64,000 bases of DNA from Eledone cirrhosa (GCA_964016885.1 OZ024743.1:177940001-178004000); one strand, 5' to 3'. Numbered from the stretch's first letter, positions 26,299 through 41,239 are shown. Notes: generated from the letters alone by a model not told the origin. Program-made: numbers and translations.

Positions 26299-29200
26299 AT
26301 ATTTCTTTATTAGCCACAATGGCGCACAAGAAAAGGGGACAATACAAAGACATGCCGGGGATTTTACATACAGTCTTGTAAAAATTATAAAAACAAACAA
26401 TTACAACAATCGAAATCCCCAATAGGGGGGAGGCGCCACAAATGGGTTGTTTAATACCCCGTCGATAGAACAACCCTCAACTCCAGGAGCGTGTTGTACA
26501 AGTGCTCCTTTCTTCCTTTTGCTCTCTTCCTCAACCTACAGGCTTATAAACAGAGAAGGCCCAATCACTCGGGCCATTTTCGCTTCATTCACCCACCTTT
26601 CAGTAAATTTACTGGGGTGCAGTGCCTCTCTCTCTCCACCCTGATTCTCCTTCTAAAGTGATACTTAAAGAAGGGAATCAATTGTTGTCCGGAGAGAAAG
26701 GTATCTGTCCTCAGTCCTCTCAACCTCGTCCACCATATAACTTCTTTCACGATAGCCACCGTACAGAGCAAAACCGCCTCTCTTTCGTTTTTGAAAGAGG
26801 CTGGCGGTTTGATCCTTACTATGGACTCAGCAGTCAACAGGATTTGTCCCATACGCGACAGCAGTTGTTGTGCATAGTTCCACAGGTCAGTTACGCCCGG
26901 GCAGTGTACAATTGCGTCCAGGGCTGTTTCAATCTCCTGCGCGCATCTTGGACACGTCCTCTTGGAAGGATCCCTGCCGGGGCGTCCGTGCCTGTAGATC
27001 TTGTCACGAACCGGTAGAGCTCCTCGGTAGCACTGCCAGGCCAGGGAACTCTGGAAGTTGTCCATAGGTCCCGGGCGGATATTTCTACCAAACAGACTGG
27101 TGAGCTCATCGTCTTCGACGCCCAGAGTTTCTCCGAACACGTAGTCGCCCTTGTAACGTGCAATCCCTCTATAGAATGTCGAAGTGGAGTCTCCACTGAT
27201 TGCTGCGCCTGCTTGCCAGAGGACTGTGAGCGCCTGAGCGCATTCAATGTGCCAGGCCCCCATCATTTTCGGTCGTTTCTTCACCCAGGACTGCAGCTCC
27301 GTCAGCGAGACGAGCTGTGGGAAAGCATGTCTCACAAACGGTGCCCACACCGATTGGGGGTCGGTGAGGAATACCTGGAGATGCCGCAGCCTCAGCGCAT
27401 GTTTGCGCATCATCAGCCACGGCATTCCCAGCCCTCTGTTGGAAGGGTGCTGATATCAGACGGATCTCCTCACAAGCGGAGCCTGCTTCTTCCACAGTAA
27501 CTGGAAGAGCATGCGTTCCATCTTGGCGAGGTTTTCACGTGGACAAGGCACGACAGTCAAGCGGTAGTAGATGACGGACGTTTGCACTCGGCTCACTTGT
27601 GGGTGAGTGCAAACACCTTGGCCGTGACCTCTTTCCAGTTTTTCTCCACCTGGAGGTCTGGACCGAACCAGACCCCGAGCAATTTCACCGGTCCGTCCGT
27701 CCAGCGTCCAACGACGCTCTCGGACGTCATCGGTTTGCCTCTCCACATAGCGAGTTGCAAACCGACAGACTTGTCCGGGTTTAGATTTGCTCCCGTCAGC
27801 GTTTCGTATTCTTTCAGTAAGTTGCCGATCAACCCGATTTCCGAGGTGCTCGACACCATTACCGTGAAGTCGTCGGCATAAGCCGACGCCGCTTTGCGCA
27901 GTCCCGGTTCTAGAGGGATGCTCTGCAACAGCTCCAATTTCCGCAGTAGTGGCTCTAGAGTCAATACATACAGAATGGAGGAGAGAGGCCACCCCTGTCG
28001 AATGGAACGCGTGATTGCGAACGGCTCCGATAGGTAGCCGTTCACCTTGACCCTCCGGCAGATGCTGGTGTGCATCGCCTCGATCCATCCTCTGAACACG
28101 GGACCAAAACCGGCCGCCTTGAGAACCGCTTCCAAGTATCGATGGTCGACCCTATCGAATGCCATAGACTGATCCAAGTTGATCAGAGCCCCACCGAAGC
28201 CGGGTTTACTACCCACCCTCTCTATGATGTATCGCATGAGGTGGAGGTTGTCGTGTATGGACCTGGTCGGGATTGCACACGTTTGCGCTTTCCCTACCAG
28301 GTTCTCGACGACAAGCGCCAACCTCGTCGCTAGCATCTTGGCCAAAATCTTTAACTCTGTGTTGAGCAGAGTTATAGGCCTGAAGTTGTTAATTTCGTCC
28401 CCCTTGTTCTCGTCTTTCCTGATCAGCGTTACTACGCTCTTTCCTGCAGAACTGGGAATTCTCCCGTTCTGCTGCCAATTGCAGTAGACGGCTTCGAGGA
28501 CGCCAGAGAACAAGTCCGGAATGCCTATGTAAAATTTGTAGGGTAGACCATCTAGACCGGGTGACTTGTGTTTCCCGCAGCGGCCCAGAGCGTCCCGTAT
28601 CTCAGTGTCCGTCATCGGTGTTTAGCATCGAAGAACTGGTCCAGTGCCGTTCTCGACGCTAACACTCTAGCCGCGTTGACACTTCTAAGTGCCTCCTCTA
28701 CTTTGGCTACCAGTTCTCTTTCTATTCTGTTTTTCTCTAAGGTTAACTCTCTTCTATACCCTATCGATTCTATTCTAATTGCTTTCTTGAGAGAGTACCA
28801 CCATCTATTGTTGACGATGGCTCCCGTTAACTGTTGCTTGACTAGTCTACTTATCCGTTCACTGTAAGCTTTATGTGCCGGCAACGACACGTTCAGCTTC
28901 CAGTATCCGGGACCCTGTCTATGTATTCTATCACGGTTGACTAAGCAGACGACTAACTTGTGATCTGAATAGGCAACCATGTGCATTCGCGGACAGCTTA
29001 ACATCTCCTTGTCCCTTTCTCTAATGAAGAACCTATCTAAATACGATCTAGATGTCCCACTGCGGTTTGCCCACGTCCACTGTGATGCAGTCGGGAAATC
29101 CAGTCGATACCTATCGGCCAGTTGGAATTGGCCGATTTAAGTTTTGAGGATGTTGCACCCCGCTCTACTGGGACATGCTCCCACATAGTCCTAGCGTGCA

Positions 29201-31460
29201 TCTAGGATACCATTCCAGTCCCCCACTAAAAGTAAGGAGCGAGACGTTCCCAGAAAAGACTCTAGACGCTTAAAGAAGTCTGGCCCTGATTGCGATTGCC
29301 CGGTCGGGGCATAAACGGCCACCAGTCTGAAGGCTCCACCTCCGATACTGTTCACGTCTAGGACTACCAGTCTACCCTCCGGGTCCAAGTGTACTTGCTG
29401 TACTCCGACGTCCAGGTGCTTCCGAAACATGACAGCCACTCCAGCTCCACCTCCTGGCTGACAGAGAGATGCGTAGATCTCAAAGTCGTCGAAGATGGGA
29501 GTTAGTTGCTGCCTGTTATGGATGCTGGACTCGGAGATGGCTATCACATCCATACTGTGTGACCTAAGGTCGTTTAAAAGTTGGCCCTGTTTCCGGGGTA
29601 TCCCTAGGCCACGCACATTCACGCTTCCAACTCGTAAACTAGCCATGTTGGTGAAGAAAAGTTGGAGAAAAAGGACGAAAGGTGCACTTACCTTTTCGTT
29701 TCCTGGAGATCGGGTTGTTCAATCTCCATTTGGGTGCTGGATGGGGTGTTGGGTGGGGTGGGGAAACATTTTAACAGGATGCGGTTGATGGGTTTGTGGC
29801 AAGGGTTGCCCATGTCCTGTGAAAATTTATTTTTTAGGTCATATGTTTCAATAGAAACCCTTATAAGTTTAAGGTGTGGAGACGATTCTGCCTTGACGAA
29901 AGTTTTGCCCTCTGGCTCCACCTTGGGGTTTGGGGAGATGACCTCCATCAAACTCTTGTTGTTTGTGTTGATGTATGCGTATTGTTGTTTGTGTTTTTTT
30001 GTGTTGTTTTAGTTTGTTGTTCGTCCGGGAGTTTTCTTTTTATGGTGGGTGCTTGTGTTTGGGGTGGTGTTGGTGCTGGTTTTGCTGATAGGGGGACGTT
30101 TGACTGTGGTGTTGTTTGTGTTGTTGTTTGTGTCTGTGGTTGGTTATTGGAGTTTTGGGGGTTTTGTGGTGACTCTTTTTTTGTTTTTTAGATTTCCGAG
30201 GTTCTCCCTCTTCTTTACTTAAAGAAGGAGAAGCAGCTTCATCCGTCGATGAATAATCATCGTCAGGTGTGTGGGGTAAGGGTATGTTGTGTGGTGGTGG
30301 TGTTTCGCTGTGTGTGTTTGTGGTAGTGTTTGATGGAGTGGGTTGGAGTGGGGCTGTGTTCTTCAGGGGTGTTGTCTCTGTTTTTTCTGTTGTTGTTGGT
30401 TGAGTGTCTGTTTGTTTTGGTGTGGTTGCTCGTTTCGTCTGTCGTTGTACTTGTGGTGGTGGTGTTTGTTTTGGTGTTGGTGTTGGTAATTGCGTTTTTT
30501 TTTATGATGTTGTTGTTGTGTGTTTGTGGACAAGAGGCTTTTAGGTGTGCTGTGCTACCTCAGCGAAAGCAATGAAATTTTCGTCTTTCTACCGAAATGT
30601 TTATTTTGTTGTTATTATTGATAACGACAATTTCGGGTATTTTGGAGATTCTCTCCGGTTTCATTTGCAACAGAATCTCCAAATCTGTGCCCGCCCACCT
30701 TTGTCGAATAGATTTTCGTATCGAAAGTATCATATCAGTTTCTGGCTCTACGAAGCCAGCCAAGATCCACCAGATGTTAATGTTTGGAGGTATGTTTTTT
30801 ATTTTTATTTTTTGTGTCCTTTTTCCCATGTATGTAGGGAAAAAGGTGTATGCTTTTGACACCATTGGTGTCACAGAGTTTTTTGGGGCGAGTGCCTCGC
30901 TTTTAAACAGTACGGAAACACTTCCGTACTGTTTTCCTCGCTGGAGAAAATCGACATTTGCTAGAATTTCCTTGAAAGTATCTTTTATATCTGCTTGGTT
31001 AACAAATGTCGGCTTTCTTGTGGAATTGACACAGTCCTAAAGGTGACTGATCTGTGGATTGTGTCTTCCTTTATTTCAAGGGGTGAGTTAATTCAAAACC
31101 CACCTCTTTCTTCGAAAGTTACAAATATTCTCCCTTGCTGGAGCATATCTTTTGCGTTGGAGATATCAAGATTTATAAAATCTTGTTTTTTGTTCACTGT
31201 TTCAGCGAAATACATTTTCTTTTTTTGTGTGGTGTTGCTGTTGTTGTTGTTGTTGTTGTTGTTGTTATCGTTGTTGGAAATCTCAGTTCCTTGTCGAGGT
31301 GAAACATTGTGTGTATATGTATCTGTAGAGTTGTTGATGTCTTTTTCATGTGTATGTATGTTAATAGGTTTAATTCCTGTGTTTTCCTGTGTGTTATTGT
31401 TATTTTTCTCCGCTTCGACAAAAAAGCTTACCGGCGATGTTCCACGCGTCAGACAGAAAG
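26299..31460 (-). mobile_element. L1/Tx1-like LINE copy D (near full-length)
   Basis: ORF2 ATG at 29646 (GSVNVRGL); RT ORF 27593-28615 (SPGLDGL, YADD); zinc finger CPRC..HC; 5' leader shared with copy C. Confidence 0.9.
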
Positions 31461-31465
31461 AGAGG

Positions 31466-31466
<1 letters not shown>

Positions 31467-31551
<85 letters not shown>
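31467..31551. repeat. (GATA)n tract between LINE copies D and E
   Basis: Directly visible. Shorter tracts occur at 11191-11223, 12298-12317, 17124-17131 and 26283-26298. Confidence 0.95.
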
Positions 31552-32987
31552 TCTTTATTTGCCACAGGGGCGTACAAAAATGGGACATTACAAGACGTGA
31601 CGACGGGGGTTTTACATAAAAATAACTTTAACATTAATAAATAACAATAAACTATATATATAATAAAATAACAATTGAAATCCCCAGTAAGGGGGAACGT
31701 TACTGCAGGGTTGTTTTATACCCCGTTAATAGAACAACCCTCAACACCAGGAACACGTTTTGTACGTGTTCCTGTCTTCCCTCTGTTTATCTTCCTCAAC
31801 CTACAGGTTTATATACGGAGAAAGCCCATTCACTCGGGCCATTTTCGCCACATTCTCCCACCTTTCAGCGAATTTACTGGGGTGTAGCACCTCTCTCTCC
31901 ACTCTCACCTTCCTTCTGAAGTGGTTCTTAAAGAAGGGGATAAGTTGTTGTCCGGAGAGAAAGGTGTTTGCCCTCAGTCCTTTTAACCTCGTCCACCATA
32001 TTACCTCTTTCACCACAGCCACCAGACAGAGGAAAACCACCTCTCCTTCGTTCTTAAATGAAGGCGGCGGGGGTGATCCTCACGATGGACTCGGCTGACA
32101 ACTGGATGCGTCCCACACGTGACAGCAGCTGTTCGACATAATTCCACAGGTTGGTCACCCCTAGGCACTGAACAATTTCGTGCAGAACGGTTTCGATTTC
32201 CTGCTCGCATCTTGGACAGGTCCTTTAGGCAGGATCTCTGCCAGGGCGTCCGTGTCTGTAGATTTTGTCTCGAACTGGTAGAGACCTCTGGAAGTTATCC
32301 ATAGGCCTTGGACGGAATCCTCCCGAACAGACTGGTCAATTCGTCCTCCTCGATGCCTAGAGTTTCCCCGAGGAAGTATCCGCCACTAATCCCCTATAGA
32401 ATGTCGAAGTGGAGTCTCCGCTGATTGCCGTCTCCGCTTGGTAGAGGACTGTGAGCGCATGTAGGCACTCGAGGTGCCAGGCACCCATTTTCGGTCTTCG
32501 CTTGACCCAGGACTGCAGTTCTGTTAGTGAGACGAGTTGTGGAAGAGCTTGTCTCACAAACGACAGCCACACCTGTTCACCGGTCATGAATACCTGGAGA
32601 TGGCGTAGCTTCAACGCATGTTTGCGCATCATCAGCCACGGCATGCCCAGCCCTCCGTTAGAAGGGTATTGACAGCAGATGGAATTGACATCCAGAGGAA
32701 CTTGATGAGTGGGCGTTCCATTTTGGTAAGGTATTCGCGGGGGCAAGGCACGACTGTCAAGCGGTAGTTGATGACGGACGCTATGTAAGTGTTCGCCTTT
32801 CAAGGAGAGTTTGCACTCAGCTCACTTCTGGATGAGTGCAAACACCTTCGCCGTGACCTCGTTCCATTTCTTGTCCACCTGGAGATCTGGACCGAACCAG
32901 ACCCCGAGCCATTTCACCGGTCCTTCCGTCCAGCGTCCAACGATACCGTCGGAATGCATGGGTTTGCCTCTCCATGTGCCGAGTTGC
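31552..32987 (-). mobile_element. L1/Tx1-like LINE copy E (5'-truncated)
   Basis: WLGVWFGPDLQ, GGLGMPWL and EVIWWTRLKG motifs; same 3' end gtggcaaataaa. Confidence 0.85.
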
Positions 32988-33434
32988 AAAAATATATAAA
33001 CATTTACCTGTATAGGCAATATTTATTAGAATGCTGTTGAAGTGTGTATACATTTTTGGGGACACCATGTATACATATATATATATATATGTGCCTGCGT
33101 GTGTGTGTTAGTGTATATGTGTGTGTATCGAGGTTGTGTGAAAAGATAACTTTTAAGGAAATTAATGGTACACAGCATGCTAATAACATTATTATTCCAA
33201 AATAAATAAAATCGATTATATTCATCTTTTTTTTTATCATTGTGAAACATACAATAACAAGATTTCATTTCCATTTCTTCGATTGGTGACGAATACCATT
33301 GATATAGCTTTCCGGTAATGTGACATATAGAATAGTTCCAGTATGTTGATACCAACCATTCAGAAGAAATCAATATTGTATTTGATGTTAAGATTATCGA
33401 TCTCTAAATGTACGGATGAAAAGGCATATATATA

Positions 33435-33537
<103 letters not shown>

Positions 33538-33555
33538 CATTTCTCTCTCCCTATG

Positions 33556-33608
<53 letters not shown>

Positions 33609-34293
33609 AGAGAGAGAGGGGGTGGGGATGTGGAGAAAGCATCAGACAGATAGACAGATAATCGCATGTACATACACACATGAATATATATATATATATG
33701 CGTGTGTATGTGTGAATGTATATGTGTATAACATGTCGAGATACACATAAACACACAGACACACAGACACATATACACACTATATAGATATATATGTTAT
33801 GATATATACATAAATATATATATATATTTACACACACACATTCGTTTGTGCGTGATATTTCTCAATATGTTTCCCTATGTAACTTTATTTTACAGATGTG
33901 CTGACTGACAGCAACGTACTCGATATAATTTTTCACATATATGTATATATACATATGTGTGTGTGTGTGTGGGGGGGGGGGTATTAAAGAAGTAAAAAAA
34001 CAACGCACTTTTGGTTTAAAAAAAACATTAACATTTAAATACCTCGGTTTTTCACTTCATACCCATTCAACTTACTATGAATTTAGTTTACACCATGCTT
34101 CTATTCATATGGAAGTTTTCTGTTATTCTGAGTTGCTCCAAGTAAATCACCTGATTTTCCGATTCTATGCTTGTTTGACGAAGTAAACTGTTATCAGAAA
34201 TCTTTCTAGTGCAAAATAATATACTCACAACGGAGATGTTATTGGAGTTTCGGTGACTAAAGAAATTATTACACCCGTGTGAGCTTACTCACA

Positions 34294-34329
<36 letters not shown>

Positions 34330-34335
<6 letters not shown>

Positions 34336-37196
34336 ATAAAGCACTAACATACCCATTTAAACATACAGACTTAACTAGTAATGAAATGCACATTATATTA
34401 TCGGCATGGAAAACATTAATAGAATTTAATAACCAACTCTGGACTAGAGCAGATAGAAATAATAACTTTGATATAACTATAGGATCATCCGATTCCGCTC
34501 AGGTAACGGATCTTGTGGGCCTCTTTATAAATAATTATCTACATAGGAAAATACCTGAGATGACCGGAGGTTTATATCGTGACGACATGCTTTTACTTAT
34601 CGAAAATAATAACTGTGAATTAAATAGAAAAAGAAAAGAAATTATACAATTGTTTAATTACCTTAATCTAAAAGTAGAAATAGAGAATAACCATAAAATA
34701 GTTAACTTTCTAGATGTAACATTAAACCTTAACACATGTCTTCATTATCCATTTCACAAACTAAACGAGAACTTAAATTACGTTAATTTTAACTCTAATC
34801 ACTCCAGATCCGTTAAAATACTATAGTGAATTCTGTACAGCAACGCATTTCTAGAATTTCAGCTAATAAGTATATATTTGATGATAAAGCACATTATTAC
34901 AACGAAGCGTTAGGTAGAGCTGGGTATAGAAATAAAATTAAATACATTGATAATAATAATATAACAACTAACCATAATCTTAACAATTTTAACAATTTTA
35001 ACAACTATAATAGAAAACCTTACAATAATTCGGAAAACAAAAAAAGAAATAGAACTAGGAATATATTATGATTCGCTCCTCCTTTCTCATTAAATATTAA
35101 AACCCCTATTGCTAAACTATTCTTTAAAGCTCTTGACAAATGCTTCCCTAGAACACATAGATATTACTCAATTTTTAATAGACATACTATAAAATTAACT
35201 TATTCATCCACCAAAAATTTAGCGCAAAATATTAATAGAATTAATAATAGAAATTTAAAACCTAACCAAAATACCACTAATAACCCAAGCAATATCCAAT
35301 TTGATAAATGTAACTGTAGAAATAAATCTAACTGTCCGTTAAATAACAATTGCTTAGCTAAAAATATAGTATATAATTGTAATGTAAAAACTAATTTAAA
35401 TTCATTTAATTATGTAGGATCTACTTCCACAGATTTTAAATCCCGTTTCAATAATCATAAAAACTCTTTTACACATCCAAACAAAAAATCTTCAACTTCT
35501 CTATCTAGCTTATTATGGGATCTCAAATTAAAGAACGTTAAATATTCGTTGCTTCGGAATATTATTTCAAAAGTTACTCCTTTTAACTCCTCTTCAGAAA
35601 ATTGTGATCTTTGTATAGAGGAAATATTCTTTATATTAAAGACCAAAAATTCCCTGAACCTAAGGAACAATTTATTCAGTTGCTGCAGACATAGATTGAA
35701 TTCAACGTTTAAATATAAATTTAAAATGTAATATATAATTAATTAATTCTATTAATATATTGAACCTATCGATAAATCATTAGATTCCTTCAATTGACTG
35801 CTTAAACTCTCAAGTTTAAAAAAAATTTTCCTCCTAAATATAAATAAAAATAAAAAAAACTCTTCTAGAGAAACATACTGAAAGCTCTTAATAGGTGAAA
35901 ATATTTTATTTGAAAGTTTCTCTTTTGAAAGTCTCTCTTTCTTTCTCTTATGGCTATAAAATTAAGTTAAACATACGAAGAAAATGTTTATACTGAATCT
36001 ATTAAACATATTATTATTTTAAAATTATAACTTGAAATATTCTATAATATTTTTAAAATTATATTGATTTAAAGTTATATTGCTTATAAATATATTTCCA
36101 AATCGTAATATAATTGTTTTATTTTAATTTAATTTTTTTTTATTTCATTTCATTTCATTTCATTTCATTTCATTTTATTTTATTTTATCTTATTTTATTT
36201 TATATTATATATATTATGTACTTCAATTATACTATGTACTGTATTTATATATATCTCTCTCTCTATATGTATGTGTGTATATATATATATGTATGTATAT
36301 ATATATATGTGTGTGTGTATGTATATATATATGTGTGATGCATATCTACCTATATATGTAAGCACATCTATGTGTATCTATGTGGGGATTGTGTGTATAT
36401 ATATGCATACAATTCGATTGCACTCGTTTATAAGGATTTTCTTAAGGTTCGTGATAAACAAACCTATATAATAACAGTCACAACTACATAACAGGTGGAT
36501 TTATTAGATATAAAACTTATATTTAAAAAAATTTGTATAATAACATAAAGTGTGTATAACCTAAAATTTCCTTTACTATCTTAACATTTGTAACATTTAT
36601 ATAACTAAATAACGTAATTTCCTTCACGCTGTTTTGATATTACATAGAAATGATTTTCTCTGTTTTTTCTAATATTTTTTCAGAAAAATCTAAGTTTATG
36701 AAAATTCCTATATCTTAAATTAAAAATCCTTTATACTTTGTATGTATATGTCTATATGTGTAGATTTATGTATATATATTTATATGTATATATATATGTT
36801 GTGTGCGTATGTATATATATGAATATATTCTTTTAATAATATATAGATTTTTAATAATATATAGATTTCTTAATAATATATAGATTTCAATTTTTAATGT
36901 ATAGATCTCAATAATTTAAATGATAAACTAAACATTTAATCATATTTAAAGAATGGTTAAAATTCTCCTATTGTGTATGTATTTTCCATTCACGCTCATT
37001 TACACTTCTCTATTCATCCATTAAATATTTATTCTTTCACTTCATCTCAAAAGTTAAGATAATTCAACAACCTATCACTTAGAGCTTTCGCTTTCTCTTT
37101 TCTTCTTCTTTTCTCTCTCTCCTTTTCTTTCTTTTTTCTACTTAGAGTTTGCTCTTTTTTTCTCTTTTTTATATCTCTCTCTTTTTTTTCTCTCTC

Positions 37197-37285
<89 letters not shown>

Positions 37286-37550
37286 ACCCAACGGCTTATT
37301 TAAATCTACTCTGATTTAAAAATATCCAAAACTAATTTACATAATAGTATAAATAAATTTATAACCCCACTATCCGGGAGCTTCCAACAGTAATGGTCGC
37401 ATTCTTTAAGGGTATGTCAATATCTATTTATAAAACTGCTCTATATTATATTTTATCTGATGAAAGCACACCATAATTTAACTTGGTGTCCTTGAAATAT
37501 GTATAATGAAATAAATATGCTTTTATAAATATAGTTTCCATTTGTTAATA
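34330..37550 (+). mobile_element. 5'-truncated Penelope-like element (RT + GIY-YIG, decayed) with a probable long AT-rich 3' region ending in an HHR
   Basis: FDITIGSSDSAQVTDLVG, LYRDD, NFLDVTLNL; downstream CNCR..CPL..C, NIVY..YVG..F..R..NH, CDLCIEE..CRH (to 35731). HHR at 37449-37513; linkage of this tail to the ORF is inferred. Confidence 0.8.
37449..37513 (+). ncRNA. Minimal hammerhead ribozyme
   Basis: tattttat-CTGATGA-aag cacacca..tggtgtc ctt-GAAA-tatgta-TA-atgaaata. Confidence 0.7.
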
Positions 37551-37554
37551 TATC

Positions 37555-37620
<66 letters not shown>

Positions 37621-37925
37621 CCACACACAATGATATTAAACAATTGGAAACTATATTTCTAAAACCATATTTATTTTATTATATATATTTCAAGAGTAGC
37701 AAAATATTTCTGTACGCTTTCCTCAGATAAAATACAAAGTTTGTTTTATAGAGACATACCCAGGGAAATCATACCTTATCAGTTTAATATTCTCTGGCTA
37801 GTATTTTCTCTGGAGATATTTACTCCAGGTTCTGTCGAGAGCTCTAAATCAGTTATAAATATTTATACTTGTCGGATTTCCAACAAATTAATTATCCCTT
37901 CTACTTATACATATATATATATATG

Positions 37926-38041
<116 letters not shown>

Positions 38042-38134
38042 GTGTGTGTAAAAGGTAAACAGAAATAACAACATAATCGGTACAGTATATGGAAGGTATA
38101 TATTAGGTTAACACTTGATATAGCAGGAAGAGGG

Positions 38135-38170
38135 TCTTAACGTTTCGGACGCAGGTCCTTCATCAGAAGA
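38135..38170 (-). ncRNA. Minimal hammerhead ribozyme in a PLE tail fragment (38065-38292). The second copy, 47705-47930, has a mutated core at 47775-47810
   Basis: tctt-CTGATGA-a ggac ctgc gtcc-GAAA-cg-TT-aaga. Confidence 0.75.
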
Positions 38171-38373
38171 ACGAATGAGAAATAAAATTGATCAAGTGGA
38201 CAGTTGGGATGGAATTGGAAAAAATGTCTTTAGATAAAAATAATAGGTCTATTCAAGTTGAAATCTCTTGCAAAACTGTTGGTGCTGGCATTTTGTGTAT
38301 GATTTATTTTTTAGAAAAGTGTATGATGACAGTACACATATACACACAGACTTATATATACAGTATATATATA

Positions 38374-38503
<130 letters not shown>

Positions 38504-38851
38504 CACACACATATATATATGTACATATGTATATGTATATACATATGTACGCATGGGTTGTATCGAATGTCAATAATAATATTCGATTCGTTTGTAAACA
38601 AACGGTCCGATTAAAACTGTGCCGTGCCGATGACAAATCGTCAACCATTTGTTCAACTCTGGCTTTTGATTCCAGAGTCGAGCCAGATCTATACAGATTG
38701 AACCTTGAGCTGATCAATAGCGAAACGTGCATCACCAATCAATAAACGCAATGAAGGCTTAACAAATCTTCCTTGTATATATATGTATATATATATATAT
38801 TGAAAGAGTGAAGTATAACATGGTCAAAAGTACAAAAAGGGTTTTATTTAC

Positions 38852-38909
38852 AGTCTAACAATTGTTTCACTGATTAAGTTGTTAGCTTACCCAGATCATC
38901 AGAGAAACT
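38852..38909 (-). ncRNA. Hammerhead-like motif
   Basis: agtttct-CTGATGA-tctg..cagt-GAAA-CAATTG-TT-agact. Confidence 0.6.
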
Positions 38910-38994
38910 GTTAAAATATGTTCAGTTTTCACGAATTCAAATTGCAGCACCATTAATAAAGAAAGAGAGAGAAAAAAAGAGAGAAAAAAAGAAA

Positions 38995-39075
<81 letters not shown>

Positions 39076-39392
39076 AAAAAGGAGAAAATGAAAAAAAGAA
39101 AAAGATATAGAGAAAAAAGACTGAGAAAAGATGAGAGAAAGAGAAGAGAAAAGGATAAATAAAAATGAAAAGAAAAAGAAAAAGAAAAAGAAAAAGAAAA
39201 AGAAAAAGAAAGGGAAAAATAATATCAACAATAAATGAATAAATGTTAATAAACAAGTTACACCGAGGATGATAAAAAGCAATACAAAATATGAAAATAA
39301 ATAAATAAAAAATGTTTATATGTGCAAAGAAAAGTAAACATAGTATGATTATTGAGAGTAGTTGTGGTGTTGGTGGTTAAAATATAGAGATA

Positions 39393-40229
39393 CTAGCAGC
39401 AGTACCCAGTGTTGCCTGGGTAGGTAAAATAATATCTGCTTTGATGAAAATGTGTTGATCTTAGCGACTGCTTCTCGATGACATAGGCCATTCGGAGGAG
39501 GGTAGTGATGACCTCTATCACTAGGAAACGCGGGTGACTGACGAAGGGGCATGCTGGGGAATGGAGGTAAAGACCTCTAACACTAAGCCAAATTTCCTCA
39601 CGCTAGTTGATTGGAAACCGATGAATTCTCAAATACACAACTAAAAGCTCAGACGACGTCAGTGACCATCGTTTTGCCTTTAACCATCTATAAGATGTGC
39701 AATGATAGGTTCTATCGTAGTATAAAATTTGAACCAAACAAATGTATTTATGTGTGAGGTAGAGCCGAAGTTTCAAATTTGAATGAAATCGGTTGAAAAT
39801 TGTGGGAGCTAGAGCCGAAAAGACGGAAATTTGAGCGAAAAGGTGGTATTTTCGAATATTTAAGCGGCTGCCACGCCATTCTTGAACAAAAAGTCCAAAA
39901 GGTAAAGCCACTTTAAGACGTGAAATAATCAGATCTAGCGTAGTGTAAAATTTGAACAAAGTAGGTTGATTAATGTAGGAGCTAAAGCCGAAAAAGTGGA
40001 AATTTGAGTCTAAAAGAGGTATTTTTGAATATTTAAGCGGCTTCCATGCCGTCTCTGAACAAAAAATGACCCCGGAATAATAAAAAAACGATACGCTGAT
40101 ATATAGAAAACACTACCTGATGTCTAATCTATGAGCCTGTAAAGTTTCAAAAAAATCGGTCGTAAGATGTAGGCCCCTAATAGGTAATACACAGACACAC
40201 ACACATACTTAATTTTATATATATACAGA
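39393..40229 (-). mobile_element. Non-autonomous Helitron
   Basis: Minus strand begins TC and ends CTAG, inserted between A and T. Subterminal hairpin tacccag/ctgggta (39403-39422); two internal diverged repeats (about 39776-39890 and 39949-40066). Confidence 0.7.
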
Positions 40230-40489
40230 TGATGGTATAGTATAAACATGAAAATGTTAAATATATTCATGTATGTATTGGTTATTTTAATAAATTAATT
40301 AAATAATTAATTATTTGATTAATTAATTGTAAGTTATATTAGAAGTGAAAATAATACGATAAGATATAAGGTAAGAGATGAAATAAATTTAGGGAGAGAA
40401 ATAGAAAGATAGAAAATGAAAGAGAGAAAATATAAAATATAAAAGGTTATGATGTTGGTTCATTGACAGTTGATGACAATAATAATAAT

Positions 40490-40667
40490 TGTTTCTACTT
40501 TAGGCACAAGGCCAGCAATTACCCAGTGCATTACTGGTACTTTATTTTATCGACCCCGTAAGGATGAAAGGCAAAGTCAACCTCAGCGGGATTTGAACTC
40601 AGATCGTAAAGGGACGTAGCTATGCTGGAAAGCATGGCGTCCGACCCTCCACCGATACTGCCAATCC
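40490..40667 (-). mobile_element. tRNA-derived SINE with an 18-bp TSD
   Basis: Same family as 7753. TSD gatgacaataataataat at 40472-40489 / 40668-40685. Confidence 0.85.
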
Positions 40668-41239
40668 GATGACAATAATAATAATGATAATAGGTTATTA
40701 TAATAGATTTAAGTGGTACAATTTGAGTTATGGAATAGATGAGATGAATTAAGTTGGTCTAAAATTATCGAATTTGGTCGCCGTTTTATGCCTACAGAAA
40801 ATTGTTCGTTCAATTTTGCCTGTAAGTAGCATTTTGTTGTATTTTAAAATATTGATTAGTTCCATATTACAAAGTCTACAGTGGGACATGCCAATTATAT
40901 AGGCCATTGCCCTAGACAACTTCATCCAGCTGATTCTGTATTCCTGGTTTGTATCTTCGAGCTGTCAGATTTTATTGGCGAGCGTCGTTGTATTCATAAG
41001 CTTCCTGTTATTTATAGAGTGTCTGTGGACATACCATCTTTTCTTGAACTCCCCCGCCGTCGAACCAGTGCCATGATAAGTTACCTGAATTTATAGCACA
41101 TAGGTACGCTATATTTGACTCCAGGCATCTATTTTGTAATGGGCATTTATCAGGCAAATGACAGTTACATTTTGTATATATGTATATATGATATAATATA
41201 ATATAATATAATATAATATAATATAATATAATATAATAT

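Noticed and set aside
11224-32987. Segmental tandem duplication, or a CRISPR-like array
   Set aside because: Copies differ in length, truncation point and sequence as expected for independent retrotransposition; there is no short repeat-spacer structure and the context is eukaryotic.
35069-35071. In-frame TGA in a PLE ORF as possible selenocysteine recoding
   Set aside because: It falls at the Trp of the NI-W-F-x-PP motif (TGG to TGA) in an ORF with other disruptions; simple decay.
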